NCBI GenBank assembly: GCA_036172245.1
Contig: JAYWIR010000040.1
Span: forward strand, 1-64,000
Reading direction: 5' to 3'
From: Raillietiella orientalis
Lineage: Eukaryota
Length of the DNA: 64,000 bases
The notes under the pieces are model-generated. The model searched no databases and had not been told where the DNA came from. It saw only the letters and a program-made list of their open reading frames with translations. This document shows positions 1-11,400 of this stretch, piece by piece (position 1 is the first letter of the stretch; each line of letters starts with the position of its first letter). The translations under genes were made by a program, and so were the position numbers.

Positions 1-792
1 CCCCGGGATGGGGTCCGCCCTATTGAATCCAGGAAGGGCTCGGAGTCCGTTCCTCTCACGCTTGGGGAGGGATCCCCCCCAGACGGGGGGATCTCACCTC
101 CCACCCTGGTTGTCTCCGAAGGGGAACCCCGAAGGGAATCTCGTTCCTCATTCTCTCCGGAGGGACGCGCCCCGCAATGTGGGGTGGTCCTCTCCATTTT
201 AACTTCTCCCAAGGGAACCCGGAAAGGATCCTCTTGTAGGACTTTCTTCTCCGGAGGGAACCTGCAAGGGAACCGCTCCTTTTCACTACTCTGAAGAGAA
301 CCCCGAAGGGACGCTTCCGAAACTCAGAAGGGGCGCTGCTGCTTCCCGAATGGGGATGTTTTCGCTTGCTTCCTTGCACTCTTCTGGAGAGGCGACGACT
401 CGGAGGGACCCCTCAACAGGGGGGGGGGGGTCCGCTCCTTTGAACAACTGGAGAGGTGCCCGTGAGGGCTCCTGCTACATCTTGAAACCGGAGGCGGTCC
501 CCCGGTGATGGGGGTCCGCTCTCCGTTGCACGACCGGAGGAGGAACTCCCCACTCCTTTATTCCTGGGAGGACCCGAAGGTCGACTCCCATTGTTCCGGC
601 CTTCATCGGGAGGCCTCCGGGCTTTATCCACCGCCAGGGCCATGCCCGAATGTCTCGGCCAACCAGCTCCATCTTGCAGGAGAAACTCGGAACCCAACGA
701 CGCAGTGGCGTCAGTTATCTGCCGAAGTATTCGAACCCGCGACGCATGGTGCCACGCGCGGAAGCCTTAACCACAAAGCCTCCGACGCGGGC
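1..792 (-). mobile_element. tRNA-derived SINE with multi-hairpin body, copy 1 (3' end runs off the window)
   Basis: Minus strand begins gcccgcgtcggaggctttgTGGTTAAGG...cgcgGGTTCGAATAC (Pol III A-box-like and B-box-like motifs in a tRNA-like head, about 722-792). The body aligns by eye with 27221-27911. Confidence 0.8.
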
Positions 793-3700
793 AGATTGTC
801 TTTTTTTTTTCGGGGAATCCCGTAAGTCAAAGTCCGCCAAGGAGCCTAAGGAGTCAAAGTAGTTTGAATCTCGTCATCAACGTCATTTCTCGGTTTTGTG
901 TTGATTTCCAATGGGAATGGGATTGGGATTTTGTTCCCGTGGGAATGGGATTTTGTTCTAAATTTGAAACTGAGCCACCTTGCTCATACTGTTCTCAATC
1001 GGCCATCGCTATAGGCGTTAGAGCAACACATTGGAATTTCTTTTTGCAACATCGTAGCCCACAGAATTTTTGTTTTGTTTGCCGCCACAACCGCATCCCC
1101 TAGCCAGGAATACGGACACTGATTATTCAATCTACTCACAATACGAAATGGAGAATGTGGTTCACCGCAATTGCTTTTCTTCTCGTACCATTTCCAAGCA
1201 CGAATCACATGTCAATGCGTCAAAAGACGCATTGCACTAACGAGCTAGCTTCCTTGGTATCCAGATGGATGCTCTCTCTGTGGACTTCTTAATCGAGAAT
1301 CTACCACCGTAGCTAAACGAGAAATTCTATTTCGAAAATGCTCTGCGGCATGCGGCACAGATTCGTGGCCATTCAACTCGATCCCAGTCAACCCTTTGAC
1401 TTCAACAACCTAAATGTCAACAGATGTCAACCTAAATCAACCAACAGATGACTGCAAAGAAACAAACCTTGTTGAGTGGCAACACCGAAACTTTCACATT
1501 CAAGTGACTGATTCTATTCCACACCGAGTACCCATTTGTTGGCTTTAGTTCCTTCCTTTTTCTAGAGCTGCCATCTGCCTTCTAATCATGCTCTTTACAT
1601 CCCATTTTGTACATATGTCTGCCTCAATACCGCTCACAGAATCAGAAAGCTCATGGTAAACACCATCTCCTCTTCACTGTCCATGTTCCATCAATCCACC
1701 CTCCACCAGATATTCCATCTTACTACATCCATCACCATCCACCTATAGAAACCTTAGTCCCCAGGACTTTGACTATCCCTACATAAAGGTCCTCTGTGCA
1801 TTTACAACTATAATGAAATCAAAAACCATTAGCATTAACTTTGATGACTCCTCAAATGCCCTTTCAATCAACATCTTCATTGCCCTATTTTTCATCATTA
1901 TCTAAAATCAATCCACATTTGTCCCATAAATATTTCCATCTGCTCATTTCCTTACATCCTTCTATTTTCACTTTCAATGCAAGCTTGCTGAAGCATTCAA
2001 GGTTCATATCACTTACCAATCTACATACCCTGACCCTGTGTCTTTTCTTCTACTTTTCGAAACCTTAACATCCTCATTCAACGGATATCCCTCTGAGAAT
2101 CAGTCACATGTGACCACATTACCTGGCATATATGTCCAAATTGTTACAATCTCAAATACCTCTAGTAATCTCATCACTATCCCTCTCAAGCATATCCCTA
2201 AAATCAGCCATAGTTCCCATCCAAACTTACAACTTCACTAACAGAACCCGCATGTACATGAAAATATCCATGCAATACCAATCCACCAACCATTCCTCCT
2301 TCACCAATGCACATCCATGATTCATCCTTCATTCTCTTAAGCACCATTCATACCCCTCTCTCCAACCTGTTTACGCATGCAATCAGCACTCAACATACAC
2401 TCTTCAGGGTATCTACATTGGTAAGTTGAGTGGAAAAGAAAGAATTGAAACGAGAGTATGGATTTCCGAGCACCCTTTGCACAAAAATAAAAACTTTCCA
2501 ATTTCCAATCATTGCATTTATTTTCTCAGAAAGCTTCTAACTCGTTTTCATCTTCTGCCAATTTCTTCCCAGGTGAGATTCACCCACAACTCAACTTTTC
2601 CTCAAACTCTCTTGATGAAACCACACTACACACCTTAGCAGCACCCCACCTCGACACAATTTTTCTCGTGGGAACAAATACTGTGGCGAAAAGTCCGTGT
2701 TTCCTTTTATTCAAAAAAGGTGTTCCTTTTTCGTCGACTTCCCTAATCATTACCATCCCCATTTGTCTCCTATTCACGAGAATCTTTCCTGCTTAAATTC
2801 TCCATTACATCACCTCTTTTTGTTGACGCAACATTCCATGGTCTTCACCCGATTGCTTGCCTTATCCGACTCCCTATTTCAAATTCTCACTTCACTGCCT
2901 CCATCTTCCTTTTGATACGGACACTTCACAGGTGTTCCGTACGGATTCCTCTTCCTCATCCTGTACCGACGATCATACCCTTCTGGCATATAGGGTGCAA
3001 ATAAATTTCCACTATATAGCAATAAGCAGCAATTCTTTCCGAGCAACCTCGCACGACACATGAAAATAATGACCGAGGAACGAATACCGTTCATTCGAAA
3101 TGGGACCATTCGTTCGTTCCGCTGCACCATCCTCAGTTTCGTGGCACACGGCCTATTGCTCCGATCAGTCACTATCAACGCTGTGCTGCATCCGCAACAC
3201 CGGAAGAAAAATCTCTCGCATGCCAACTAAATTGTGGTTCAATCAATCACGCTTGTTTGGAGCAAACCGATTTTTACCCATTATCACCGAATTATTAGAC
3301 AATGCTCCTACTGCTAAGCTTCATTGAACGAAAGAAATTCGAAAACTCTGCTGCTTTAGATAATGAGTTGACCATCCCATTTCTCCCTCAAGGAACTGTC
3401 TTCTATCCAAGTTTCACTCACTACTAATCTTTCTACAGAAGTGCAGACGTAATGATTGCACATCCATACTCTACATAGAATGCCAGACCAGTTCGGACTC
3501 GTCCTCTGCTAAAGCATCCACGCCTAAGCACAAATTTTCTCGGCTGCAGAGTCGACAGTGCAAATCCATGATTGCCAGCTCTTCCCTGACCCGCCTCGCG
3601 CTCATAGAAGAAACGCCCTTCCTTTTCAAGAGCACACAAACAATATTCAGCCCTATTCTTTTCCTACCCACTCTCCTACCTTCAGAACGAAACACGTGCA

Positions 3701-4939
3701 TATCATTCGCAACGTAACTAGAAGACCCAATTTCTATCGAATCTGATTACGACCAGGCAGTTCATAATTTCCCTTACCTAGCAACTCTCCTTCCTCCCTT
3801 GGGGGCTGCACAGGCTCCATCCTTCCCTCAGGTTCTCCCATTCTCCATCGCACCCTCCCTTGAATTCAGCGCTGAGCAAAATAACATTGGTCTCGGTCAA
3901 TACGATACCATGGTCACCACGCAAACCCGTCGCATCACTATCAACACGTTTCACAATCGTTCGTAACTAAAAAATTTCCCATCTTCCCAATCCTTTCGTG
4001 ATGAAAAAGTATCTCACCAGCTCAAAGTGAAAAACCGTTTGCTTTATACCGATCTCCTTTCTAATCAGGCAGGATCCTTAGTTGAAGAAATCTTCCATGC
4101 GGCAAGCCTACCTAAGCAATTGAGCATCGAGGTCGCAATTCTCGACAGCAATCGCTACTCTTCCGTTGTATTACGTTGCCATTTTATGGTTATTCTTTTT
4201 TCTCTTCTTCTTGGTCACCGCTGCACGGCGACTAACGTCTAAACCATGCAGATGCGTTCTTCATTCTGTGTCACAGACAACGTGCTCCACGAGCTTCAGG
4301 TGAAGTTCCAGGGGCATGTTATTTTCGACACACAATGTGTTGTTCCAGTTTGCAGAGTACTTGAGAGTGGGAAAAAGCTCACTGTCAGTGTTTCTCTAAA
4401 ATACATCATATCAAAAATATGAAAGGAAACTGCTCCACGAATTGCAGTCTTTCACCCACGCTACCAAATGGATATGACGTCCTTATGCTGCAGCAACGCA
4501 ATCGAGGTACCGCCGGAGTTTCTTCAGAGACCGAGAAGACGTTACCTTACACCACACATCAGAAGACTGTCGTCCAAAAGTAAGAAAATGGTGCAGTGCA
4601 CTTTTGCTGAATTGCTTTTCACATCCTCACTTCACTACTTCTTGTTTCCTCAAATCTCTTTAACGGTAGCGTCCTTCCACCTAATCCATTCAAAAGTAGA
4701 AACCACATTCGCGATGAGATAAGCATACATCCGAATTAAGTATCGATCTTCCCTCAAATGAGCATACATAAGTTTCAAAGAATTCCCTCAAAGAATCCAA
4801 GGAAATTGCGCTTCAGTTTCCAAGTGGAAAAACAACAAGTAAGATTTCGCAACACGTCTGCGATGAAGAATCTTCCTCACTTACCCGCGTGGTCACGGTA
4901 CAACTCTCGACGAGACTGTTCTGTACCAGACCGGAGTGC

Positions 4940-6641
4940 AGCATGACCTCTTCCACAAGAAAAGCCCTGCGAAACCATGTCGGGTCCGACGGCAACGAAC
5001 GGAGACGCCGCAACCTGCCAACGGAAAGAGAATGGCCACGGAGGAAGCCCCGTCCATTAATATACTCATTAATGGATGGGTCAAGAAGAAAGACAAGAAA
5101 GCAGCGGACAAGCCAGAAGATGAGAGGGAAGAGAGCACTTCAGTTGGAATACCACCCGCGATGCCCCAACTAGAAGAAGAGGAGGAAGGAGGGCTTTTTG
5201 GCAATGTGGAAGCAATTGTAGACCCTCTGATCGAACATGCACTAAAGGAAGACACGGAAAAGAAGCAAAGACAACCTGCTCCCATCGACTGCAAAGTACG
5301 GTATAATAATTGCCCTCTCCTCCTGGGACAGCTTCCCCTAGCCACGGTCGCTCAGGAGAGCCAGTGAGAACAGCCATCACCAGAAAACACGAGCAAAACA
5401 GCAGCAATATAAGAGATATGCGAAACCAAGCAGGAAAGAAAAATGGACGCAAAGACCGAATTATTCCATGAAATTCAACAAAGAAAGAATCCATCTCCAG
5501 AAGATCCTGGATGGAGAAGGGCCTCGCTGAGGAGATCGTCCATCCAGGAACTCTACAATATGAACGGAAGAGCAGTTCGAGCCATTCTAGGTCAGCAGGA
5601 CCAAACTTGCAAGTTAGAGCTTGAGACGGTAAAAGAGCATTTTGAAAAGGAGTTGGAAATACAGATCAGACCAAGGACTTCCCTGGACGGTACTGCGGAG
5701 AAGAAGCCAGGCAGCATCTGCAATAGACCTATCTCCATTTAAGCAAAGATGCTCACCACAATGCTTAACGAATTTTGAACGGATTTCGTCGAATTCCAGA
5801 AACAAGAGTGGAAGTGCGTTGCTGGACAGAAAACAGAACGTTGTCCCACATACTGAATAGATGCAAGGGACCGGTTCCTTTGTCCGTGGCACGCCACGAC
5901 GCGGCTCAGGAGATTATCAGAAAGGCCGCAGTGCATGAAGCAAAGTGGAGTCTTGTGTAAAGAAACCAGAGAGTACCAGAGAGCAACTTCCACCTTAGAA
6001 CCGGATCGGGTCATGAAAAGAGGAAACTAAACATGTGTGCTAGACGTCTGCTGTCCACATGAGAATGGAAAAGAGGCGTTCAGCACAGACAGGAGGATGC
6101 AGGAAGGAAAACACAAGGACGTAGCAGTACAGCTGGGAAAAGGTGGAAATGAAAGCAAAGTACACGCGTTCATCGTTGGCTCTCTGAAGGCGTGGTATTA
6201 TCCTGGTAATGAAGAAGTATTACAAGATCCGGGAATGCCAAAGAAGAAGCTGGTGGAACGGAGGCACCGGACGGCAGCCGGTGCCTACGCGGTTCTCGAG
6301 TGAGATCTATGCCGTCCACATCGTAAGGAAAACATCCAGCCAGCCGGAGAATCCAGACAGTCTTTTCTCACCATACGAAAGCCAGGGAGTGGAGGATGGG
6401 AGCACCCTGAAGAAGAGTGAAGAGTGCCCCAAGTGGACAGAGAAAAAAGTGTGAACGATAGTCCAGAGCCCTTCTGCATCAGAAATCGAGTTCATGTCTT
6501 CGGGGTGGTCAAACACTTTGCATTTTTCCATTCGTTTGCTGAAGCGTCGTTCCCGTGAATCCATTCAGGGAATCCGTTGTTCCAGGCACGGAAGATGGAG
6601 GCTCAGGAAGTCTCTCCTCTACCCGAAATGACGGTTCGAAC

Positions 6642-6678
<37 letters not shown>
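4940..6678 (+). mobile_element. Degraded RLE-type non-LTR retrotransposon (NeSL/Utopia/R2-like) with the RT domain deleted and a poly(A) tail
   Basis: Pre-RT motif IQELYNMNGRAVRAILG...C...VKEHF (about 5540-5645). C-terminal zinc-knuckle/RLE motifs RTLSHILNRC, RHD, PD, DVCCPHENG and FIVGSL..WY..NE (5775-6300, frameshifted). A34 tail at 6645-6678. The 5' boundary is approximate. Confidence 0.75.
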
Positions 6679-6680
<2 letters not shown>

Positions 6681-6890
6681 AAAAATCCTCTATTTGATGT
6701 TACTGAAACGCCAAAGAAAAGCACCCCAAAAGTCAAAAGCAATATTATTCAAGGAAAAAGAAAAAACATACAATCAAAACACAAATAATGTTCGAAAGAG
6801 AAAACAAAGCTATTATTGCAGGGAATTCTTCTCTTGGCAGAGAACATAATTTTCGTCTCCTTCGATTTTGATTTGAAGCAGCTATGGATT

Positions 6891-8201
6891 CTATTGAATG
6901 ATTTCGTATACTAATTTCACGGGTTTTGGTGGACTCGATGAAATCTGGAAGGTTTTTTCAGCCCATTCATAAAGCATATCTCCAATATCACGATTGGTAT
7001 ATAATGTCATAACGACTTCGCCGGCTTCCACTTTTTCACCGGTCTTTTTATTTAGATAAATTCCTGCCATATGATCAATTGCTTCTTCTTTTGTGTTTCT
7101 GCCCGCACCTAAACCAACTGCTAGTAATCCGAGTTCATTCGTATCAACTATTTCAACGTACCCTGTTGTTTTAGCTTGAATTTCAATTTTCTTTTCAGTA
7201 TTTAACATTAAATCAAGATTATCCACATGATCCAATAAAGATAAATCTCCACCTTGCTCTTTGATAAAGTTCATAAAATATTCCAGTGGTTCCTTTGTTT
7301 TCAATTTAGCTTCACATGCCTTAAATGCTTCATCCAAATCATTATATTTTTCACTCTGACACAAACTTAGTGCTGCTGATTCACACACAATACTATGCAA
7401 ATCTTCAGATCCATTCCCCTGTAAAGTTTTCACAACTTCATAGATTTCAATTGCGTTTCCAATTGCCCGACCCAACGGTTGATCCATATTAGTAATTTGA
7501 GCTGCAATTTTTTTATCAAAATGTTTCCCAATTCCAACCATGATCTGTGCCAGTTGTTTTGCTTCAGGGACTGATTTCATAAATGCCCCCTTTCCACATT
7601 TAACATCCAAAACAATTCCTTCACTACCTGTGGCAATTTTCTTACACATGATACTTGCAGCCATCAATGGAATTGAATTCACAGTTGCACTTGCATTTCT
7701 TAGAGCATAAATCTTTTTGTCTGCTGGAACAATGTTGCTTGATTGAGCCATAATTGACATATTCACTTTATTAATAATCCGTTTGAATTCTTCAAATGAA
7801 ATTTCTACTTGAAAACCTTTGAAGCTTTCTAATTTATCAACTGTTCCTCCAGTGTGGCCTAAACCACGGCCAGACATTTTAGTAACCTTTAAGCCAAAAC
7901 TAGCTACTAATGGTGCATAGATTAAACTAACTTTATCACCAACACCACCAGATGAATGCTTATCTGCCTTAAATCCTTCAATACTTGATAAATCATATGT
8001 TTCACCGGATGCAATCATTGCATGTGTTAAATAGGAGATTTCCTTGACTGACATGGATTGAAAATAAACAGCCATCAAAAATGCTGACATTTGATAGTCT
8101 GGAATTTCACCGTTTGTATATCCGTCGATAATATATTTTATTTCTTCCTCTGAAAGTTCTTGTCCATTCTTTTTCATTTCAATTAAATCCAACATTCTCA
8201 T
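6891..8201 (-). CDS. pdp: Pyrimidine-nucleoside / thymidine phosphorylase, bacterial (Mollicute/Firmicute-like), 436 aa
   Basis: Intact intronless ORF starting MRMLDLIEMKKNG (ATG at 8201). Family motifs DKHSSGGVGDK, KMSGRGLGHTGGTVDKLES, PADKKIYALR, SIMCKK, LDVKCGKGAFMK and TNMDQPLGRAIGNAIE are present. Much more AT-rich than the flanks. Confidence 0.95.
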   Translation of the reverse strand: MRMLDLIEMKKNGQELSEEEIKYIIDGYTNGEIPDYQMSAFLMAVYFQSMSVKEISYLTHAMIASGETYDLSSIEGFKADKHSSGGVGDKVSLIYAPLVASFGLKVTKMSGRGLGHTGGTVDKLESFKGFQVEISFEEFKRIINKVNMSIMAQSSNIVPADKKIYALRNASATVNSIPLMAASIMCKKIATGSEGIVLDVKCGKGAFMKSVPEAKQLAQIMVGIGKHFDKKIAAQITNMDQPLGRAIGNAIEIYEVVKTLQGNGSEDLHSIVCESAALSLCQSEKYNDLDEAFKACEAKLKTKEPLEYFMNFIKEQGGDLSLLDHVDNLDLMLNTEKKIEIQAKTTGYVEIVDTNELGLLAVGLGAGRNTKEEAIDHMAGIYLNKKTGEKVEAGEVVMTLYTNRDIGDMLYEWAEKTFQISSSPPKPVKLVYEIIQ

Positions 8202-8244
8202 TTTGAGGTTGCTTTTATTTTTGTAGCTGTTCACTTTTTTGTTT

Positions 8245-8715
8245 TTATTTTGCAATTCTATTTGACGTTGAACCTTGGTTCAGTCAACAGTGGAAGTTGC
8301 CCCTATCGTTCTTTGAATTGGTTTTTTTGGTTTGGCTCTGAACTGAAAAAATCCCTACAGCATTAGATCATTTCCCAGAACAATCAAAAGCAAACTTTAA
8401 TGCTAAATCTGTTTCCCCCATTGATGGACGAGCGTTTCGAATAATACGTTCACCCTTTTGATGACCAGAAGTGATTCCATCTAAATCATCATCAAATCCA
8501 CCTGCACTGCCAGTATTAACACTGCCTGAGTTTCCTGACATTCAAATTTGGTTTGATACTTTGTCCACGTCAGCAAGTGATTTTTTGAATATATTATCTT
8601 TCCGATTGAGAGTATCACCCAATTTTTCAGCTTTACTTGCAACCTCTGCAATTGATTGGTTCGAAATGATTTCTTTACTGATTTCTTCAATTCATCCTTT
8701 GAATCTTCGTGATTT
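8245..8715 (-). pseudogene. Bacterial-like hypothetical protein segment, open only under translation table 4 (TGA=Trp)
   Basis: Manual translation KSRRFKG[W]IEEISKEIISNQSIAEVASKAEKLGDTLNRKDNIFKKSLADVDKVSNQI[W]MSGNSG...CSGK[W]SNAV...FHC[W]LNQGSTSNRIAK-TAA. About 156 codons with four TGA and no TAA/TAG, ending 44 bp upstream of the pdp ATG. No clear start, so possibly frameshifted from the upstream ORF. Confidence 0.55.
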
Positions 8716-8724
8716 TTACTATTT

Positions 8725-9066
8725 TTATATCAAATCATCATCCAAATCAATCTCCAAGCGAGCATCTCTTGTAGATGATTGAAATAAGTAAGTTGGACAT
8801 TCAATTCTTCCCATTCTATTGAACTCTTTATTTTTCAACATGCAATTACTTCAGGTTGATACACCAATTGCAACTTTGCTGGCAAACAAGTCACGCAAAA
8901 AGCTTTCAAGATGACTCCATAATTCATTACTGTGAAATAATTCATATCTCCATCAGTTGAGATTGGAAAAAATTTCCTCTGCTGCTGACATTGAATGTGC
9001 TGCAAGCGCCAAAATAGTTTGTTCAGCTTCAGCTAAAACATAAAGCTTTTGCACTTTCATTGCCAT
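8725..9066 (-). CDS. Bacterial-like hypothetical protein, 113 aa under table 4
   Basis: ATG at 9066 preceded by GGAGGTG. Reads MAMKVQKLYVLAEAEQ...NLN[W]WRYE...VST[W]SNC...DDDLI-TAA, with two in-frame TGA (8953-8955, 8851-8853). Confidence 0.45.
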
Positions 9067-9070
9067 TTTG

Positions 9071-9077
9071 CACCTCC
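9071..9077 (-). promoter_or_regulatory. Shine-Dalgarno-like site
   Basis: Minus strand GGAGGTG-caaa-ATG immediately before the 9066 start. Confidence 0.45.
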
Positions 9078-9464
9078 GTTTTCTCCATCATTACATTTCA
9101 AGGTGCAATTACATTATTCCATAATGTAATCTCCAAACGAGAATTCTTCCAATTTCCGTTAAATTATGACTGCATTTAACTCGTTCCGGAAACCTGTTTG
9201 ATTTCCGAATCGAGATTTTACGTAAGGAATAATAAAAGGTGAAATAATTCGCTCCCACACCCGAAAAAATTCCAAGAAAACGGTCTCTTTACTGCACCCA
9301 TTTTATTAATTTGGACGTGAATAACATAGAACGTTCAGAAGCCTCGAAAAATGAAACGAAATGTTTTCTCGTTTATTTTATTCGTTTTCATTATGGCAAC
9401 CTCAAAGGAAGAATGAAAAATCAGTTTTCCCTATGAAAATCGCAAAGATGAAGATATGTTGTTG

Positions 9465-10140
9465 CTAAGCGACTCCTTCCTGATTCTTAGCTACGGTGGA
9501 GGATGTTGGTTTTCTTTTTTTCTCCCGAGGGGAATTTCTCTCGTGTTGTTTGGTCTGACGGCTTTTTTCGATGTTTTCGAAATAGCCTAACTGATTGTGA
9601 TCAAATAAGTTGATACTCCTGGTAACCACCGTCTTATCAGGGTGCCATTTTTCCTCGATGGCTTGTGCTCTGGCCCAAACGGAGAACAGAGTTTCGAGGT
9701 CAGAATGGGAAATGCATCCCTTGACGCCCTTCTCTTCCAACAAAATTCCTTCTCCCACTTCTTCTTCTTGTTGAACGTGAAGATGTTGAAGTTCTTCTGT
9801 GCAGAGTCCGGCAATGTGATCATCTCCTGTGCATCCTCACTTCGAATCCCACAGCTCTACCCAAAGACACAATTTCATTTACAACAGACTGTTCTTCACA
9901 GCTTTCTATTTCTCCGACTGAAATGCAACCTGGACAGAGGTTTTTCCAAGCAAAAAATTCCATTCTTTCCATGCCTTGTCGATGATCGCTAAGCAGTGAA
10001 GGATGCTGTGAAGCTCCTTCGCAGAAATTCTTTGAGAGTCAGTTCTGTGTCATGGGTGATTTCAAAGCATTTTCAAAACGTGGCCTTAGTGTGCGCTGTG
10101 TTCAAGTTCGAAATGATTTGCTGGTCCATGGGCTGTGTGA
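9465..10140 (-). mobile_element. pogo/Tigger-like transposase remnant (C-terminal half)
   Basis: Minus-strand translation QPMDQQIISN...KCFEITHDTELTLKEF (pogo DDE_1 QPMDQ motif) and EKWHPDKTVVTRSINLFDHN, typical of Tigger C-termini. Stops and frameshifts are present. Confidence 0.7.
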
Positions 10141-10419
10141 GGGAAGTGCTATTGGCCAGCGAAAACTTTATCTTTATGAAAATAGATTCACCCACCGAAT
10201 GTTACTCGAAATTCGGAGGATGAGCAGGAGCGGCGTCCATCACTCTGATCGGCAAACCATTTTCAGGGAAATGTGAAAAAACGTTCTCAAAAGGATTAAC
10301 AAATACGTTTATCATCGATTCACAATAAACAAGGAAACTTTCACACACGCATATGTGCACACATGTATCTTTCTCTATATGTATGCTCATACATACGTGT
10401 TCATGTATACGTGCATGTA

Positions 10420-11400
10420 TTGCATCACAAGCAGGGAGATGGAAAATGCCATGCCCTCTTGAAGGTCGCATTCGCGCTCCTTATGGGACAGCTGGTCGGC
10501 GAAATTTTCTCTTCTGTTCTCATTAGCAGAGAAGTCAGCCTCGTTGGCAGTAAACATCGTACGTTAAGTTACGTTCGATCACTTTCAAAGGAAGCGCAGC
10601 AAATTCTCCAAGAACGGCACCTATTGAGCCGGAACAACCGCGTGGGAGAAGCAAAGAACAGCATCTTTCATGAGGCCTTTTCTCGATTCGTGTAACACCC
10701 GAAAGTTCAACCGGTCCTCCTGGAACGGGAGTGGTGTCGTTCTCCCGGTCAACTTGAAGTGCAACTCGGACTTTGAGCTCTCTTAGGAACCGAGTTCATC
10801 CGTGAAGCGAACCTTTGATGGTCGCAACGGCATTCCTGGAAATTTCGTTTCCCACCACTTCTCGCTGTGGCTGGCGCAGCGTTCCCGTTCGAAGCACCAT
10901 TTCAAGTGCTTCCGCCATTTCTCATCCGTTTTCGTTTGCAGGAGGAGACAGGGAAGCAGCAAGGGAGTGGAAATGAACCATTTTCTGGGATTCCTCTTGG
11001 TCCAGGCTGGCTGTTTTCACGAAGAAGCCTCTAGGTGAAGCCCTACATCTCATTTGTTGCTGTGCTCTCATGAAGGAATGTTTGAACGGAATGTGTTTTG
11101 GATTTGTCGTTCCCTCTTCCATGAGTGTCTAAAATGCAAGGCTTCTAAACACAGCTCGCAAGTGACCCAATCACCCGCCGAACATTCTGAAATAACTGAA
11201 GGATCTTCCGATTCCAACTTTGAATAGATACGAAAATCCTTTCGTTCGATGATAAACTGTGGTTTCTTGTCTTCTTTATTGATGGGTGCCTGCGCCGTTA
11301 TCGCTTCCCATTTCTTTGGAATCGTTTGTGAGCGAAGTAACATCTTGAGGAAAGACGGTGCCAACGCTCATTTCACTGTAATCTCCAATGCAGAAAGAGC
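10420..11400 (+). repeat. ~1 kb dispersed repeat, inverted paralog of 46540-47520 (unclassified decayed TE)
   Basis: Shared strings such as gatggaaaatgccatgccctcttgaaggtc.cattcgcgctccttatgggacag and tgtctaaaatgcaaggcttctaaacacagctcgc occur reverse-complemented at 46.5-47.5 kb. Confidence 0.8.

Noticed and set aside
1..700. CRISPR array or hammerhead ribozyme in the hairpin array
   Set aside because: The units are not identical repeats with unique spacers, there are no cas genes, and CCGAUGA lacks the complete CUGAUGA...GAAA core.
722..792. Functional tRNA gene (also 27841-27911)
   Set aside because: The acceptor stem and T-arm are imperfect, there is no terminator, and it is continuous with the SINE body.
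1213..1250. Helitron 3' end (hairpin caatgcgtc-aaaa-gacgcattg then CTAG)
   Set aside because: Suggestive, but CTAG is followed by C rather than T and no 5' end was found.
1500..3950. Strand-skewed region, possibly an ancient LINE on the minus strand
   Set aside because: No diagnostic motif could be recovered.
8202..8255. 18-aa N-terminal extension of pdp in the ORF track
   Set aside because: It starts at a TTG in low-complexity intergenic sequence overlapping the upstream stop. Family homology begins at MRMLDLI (8201).
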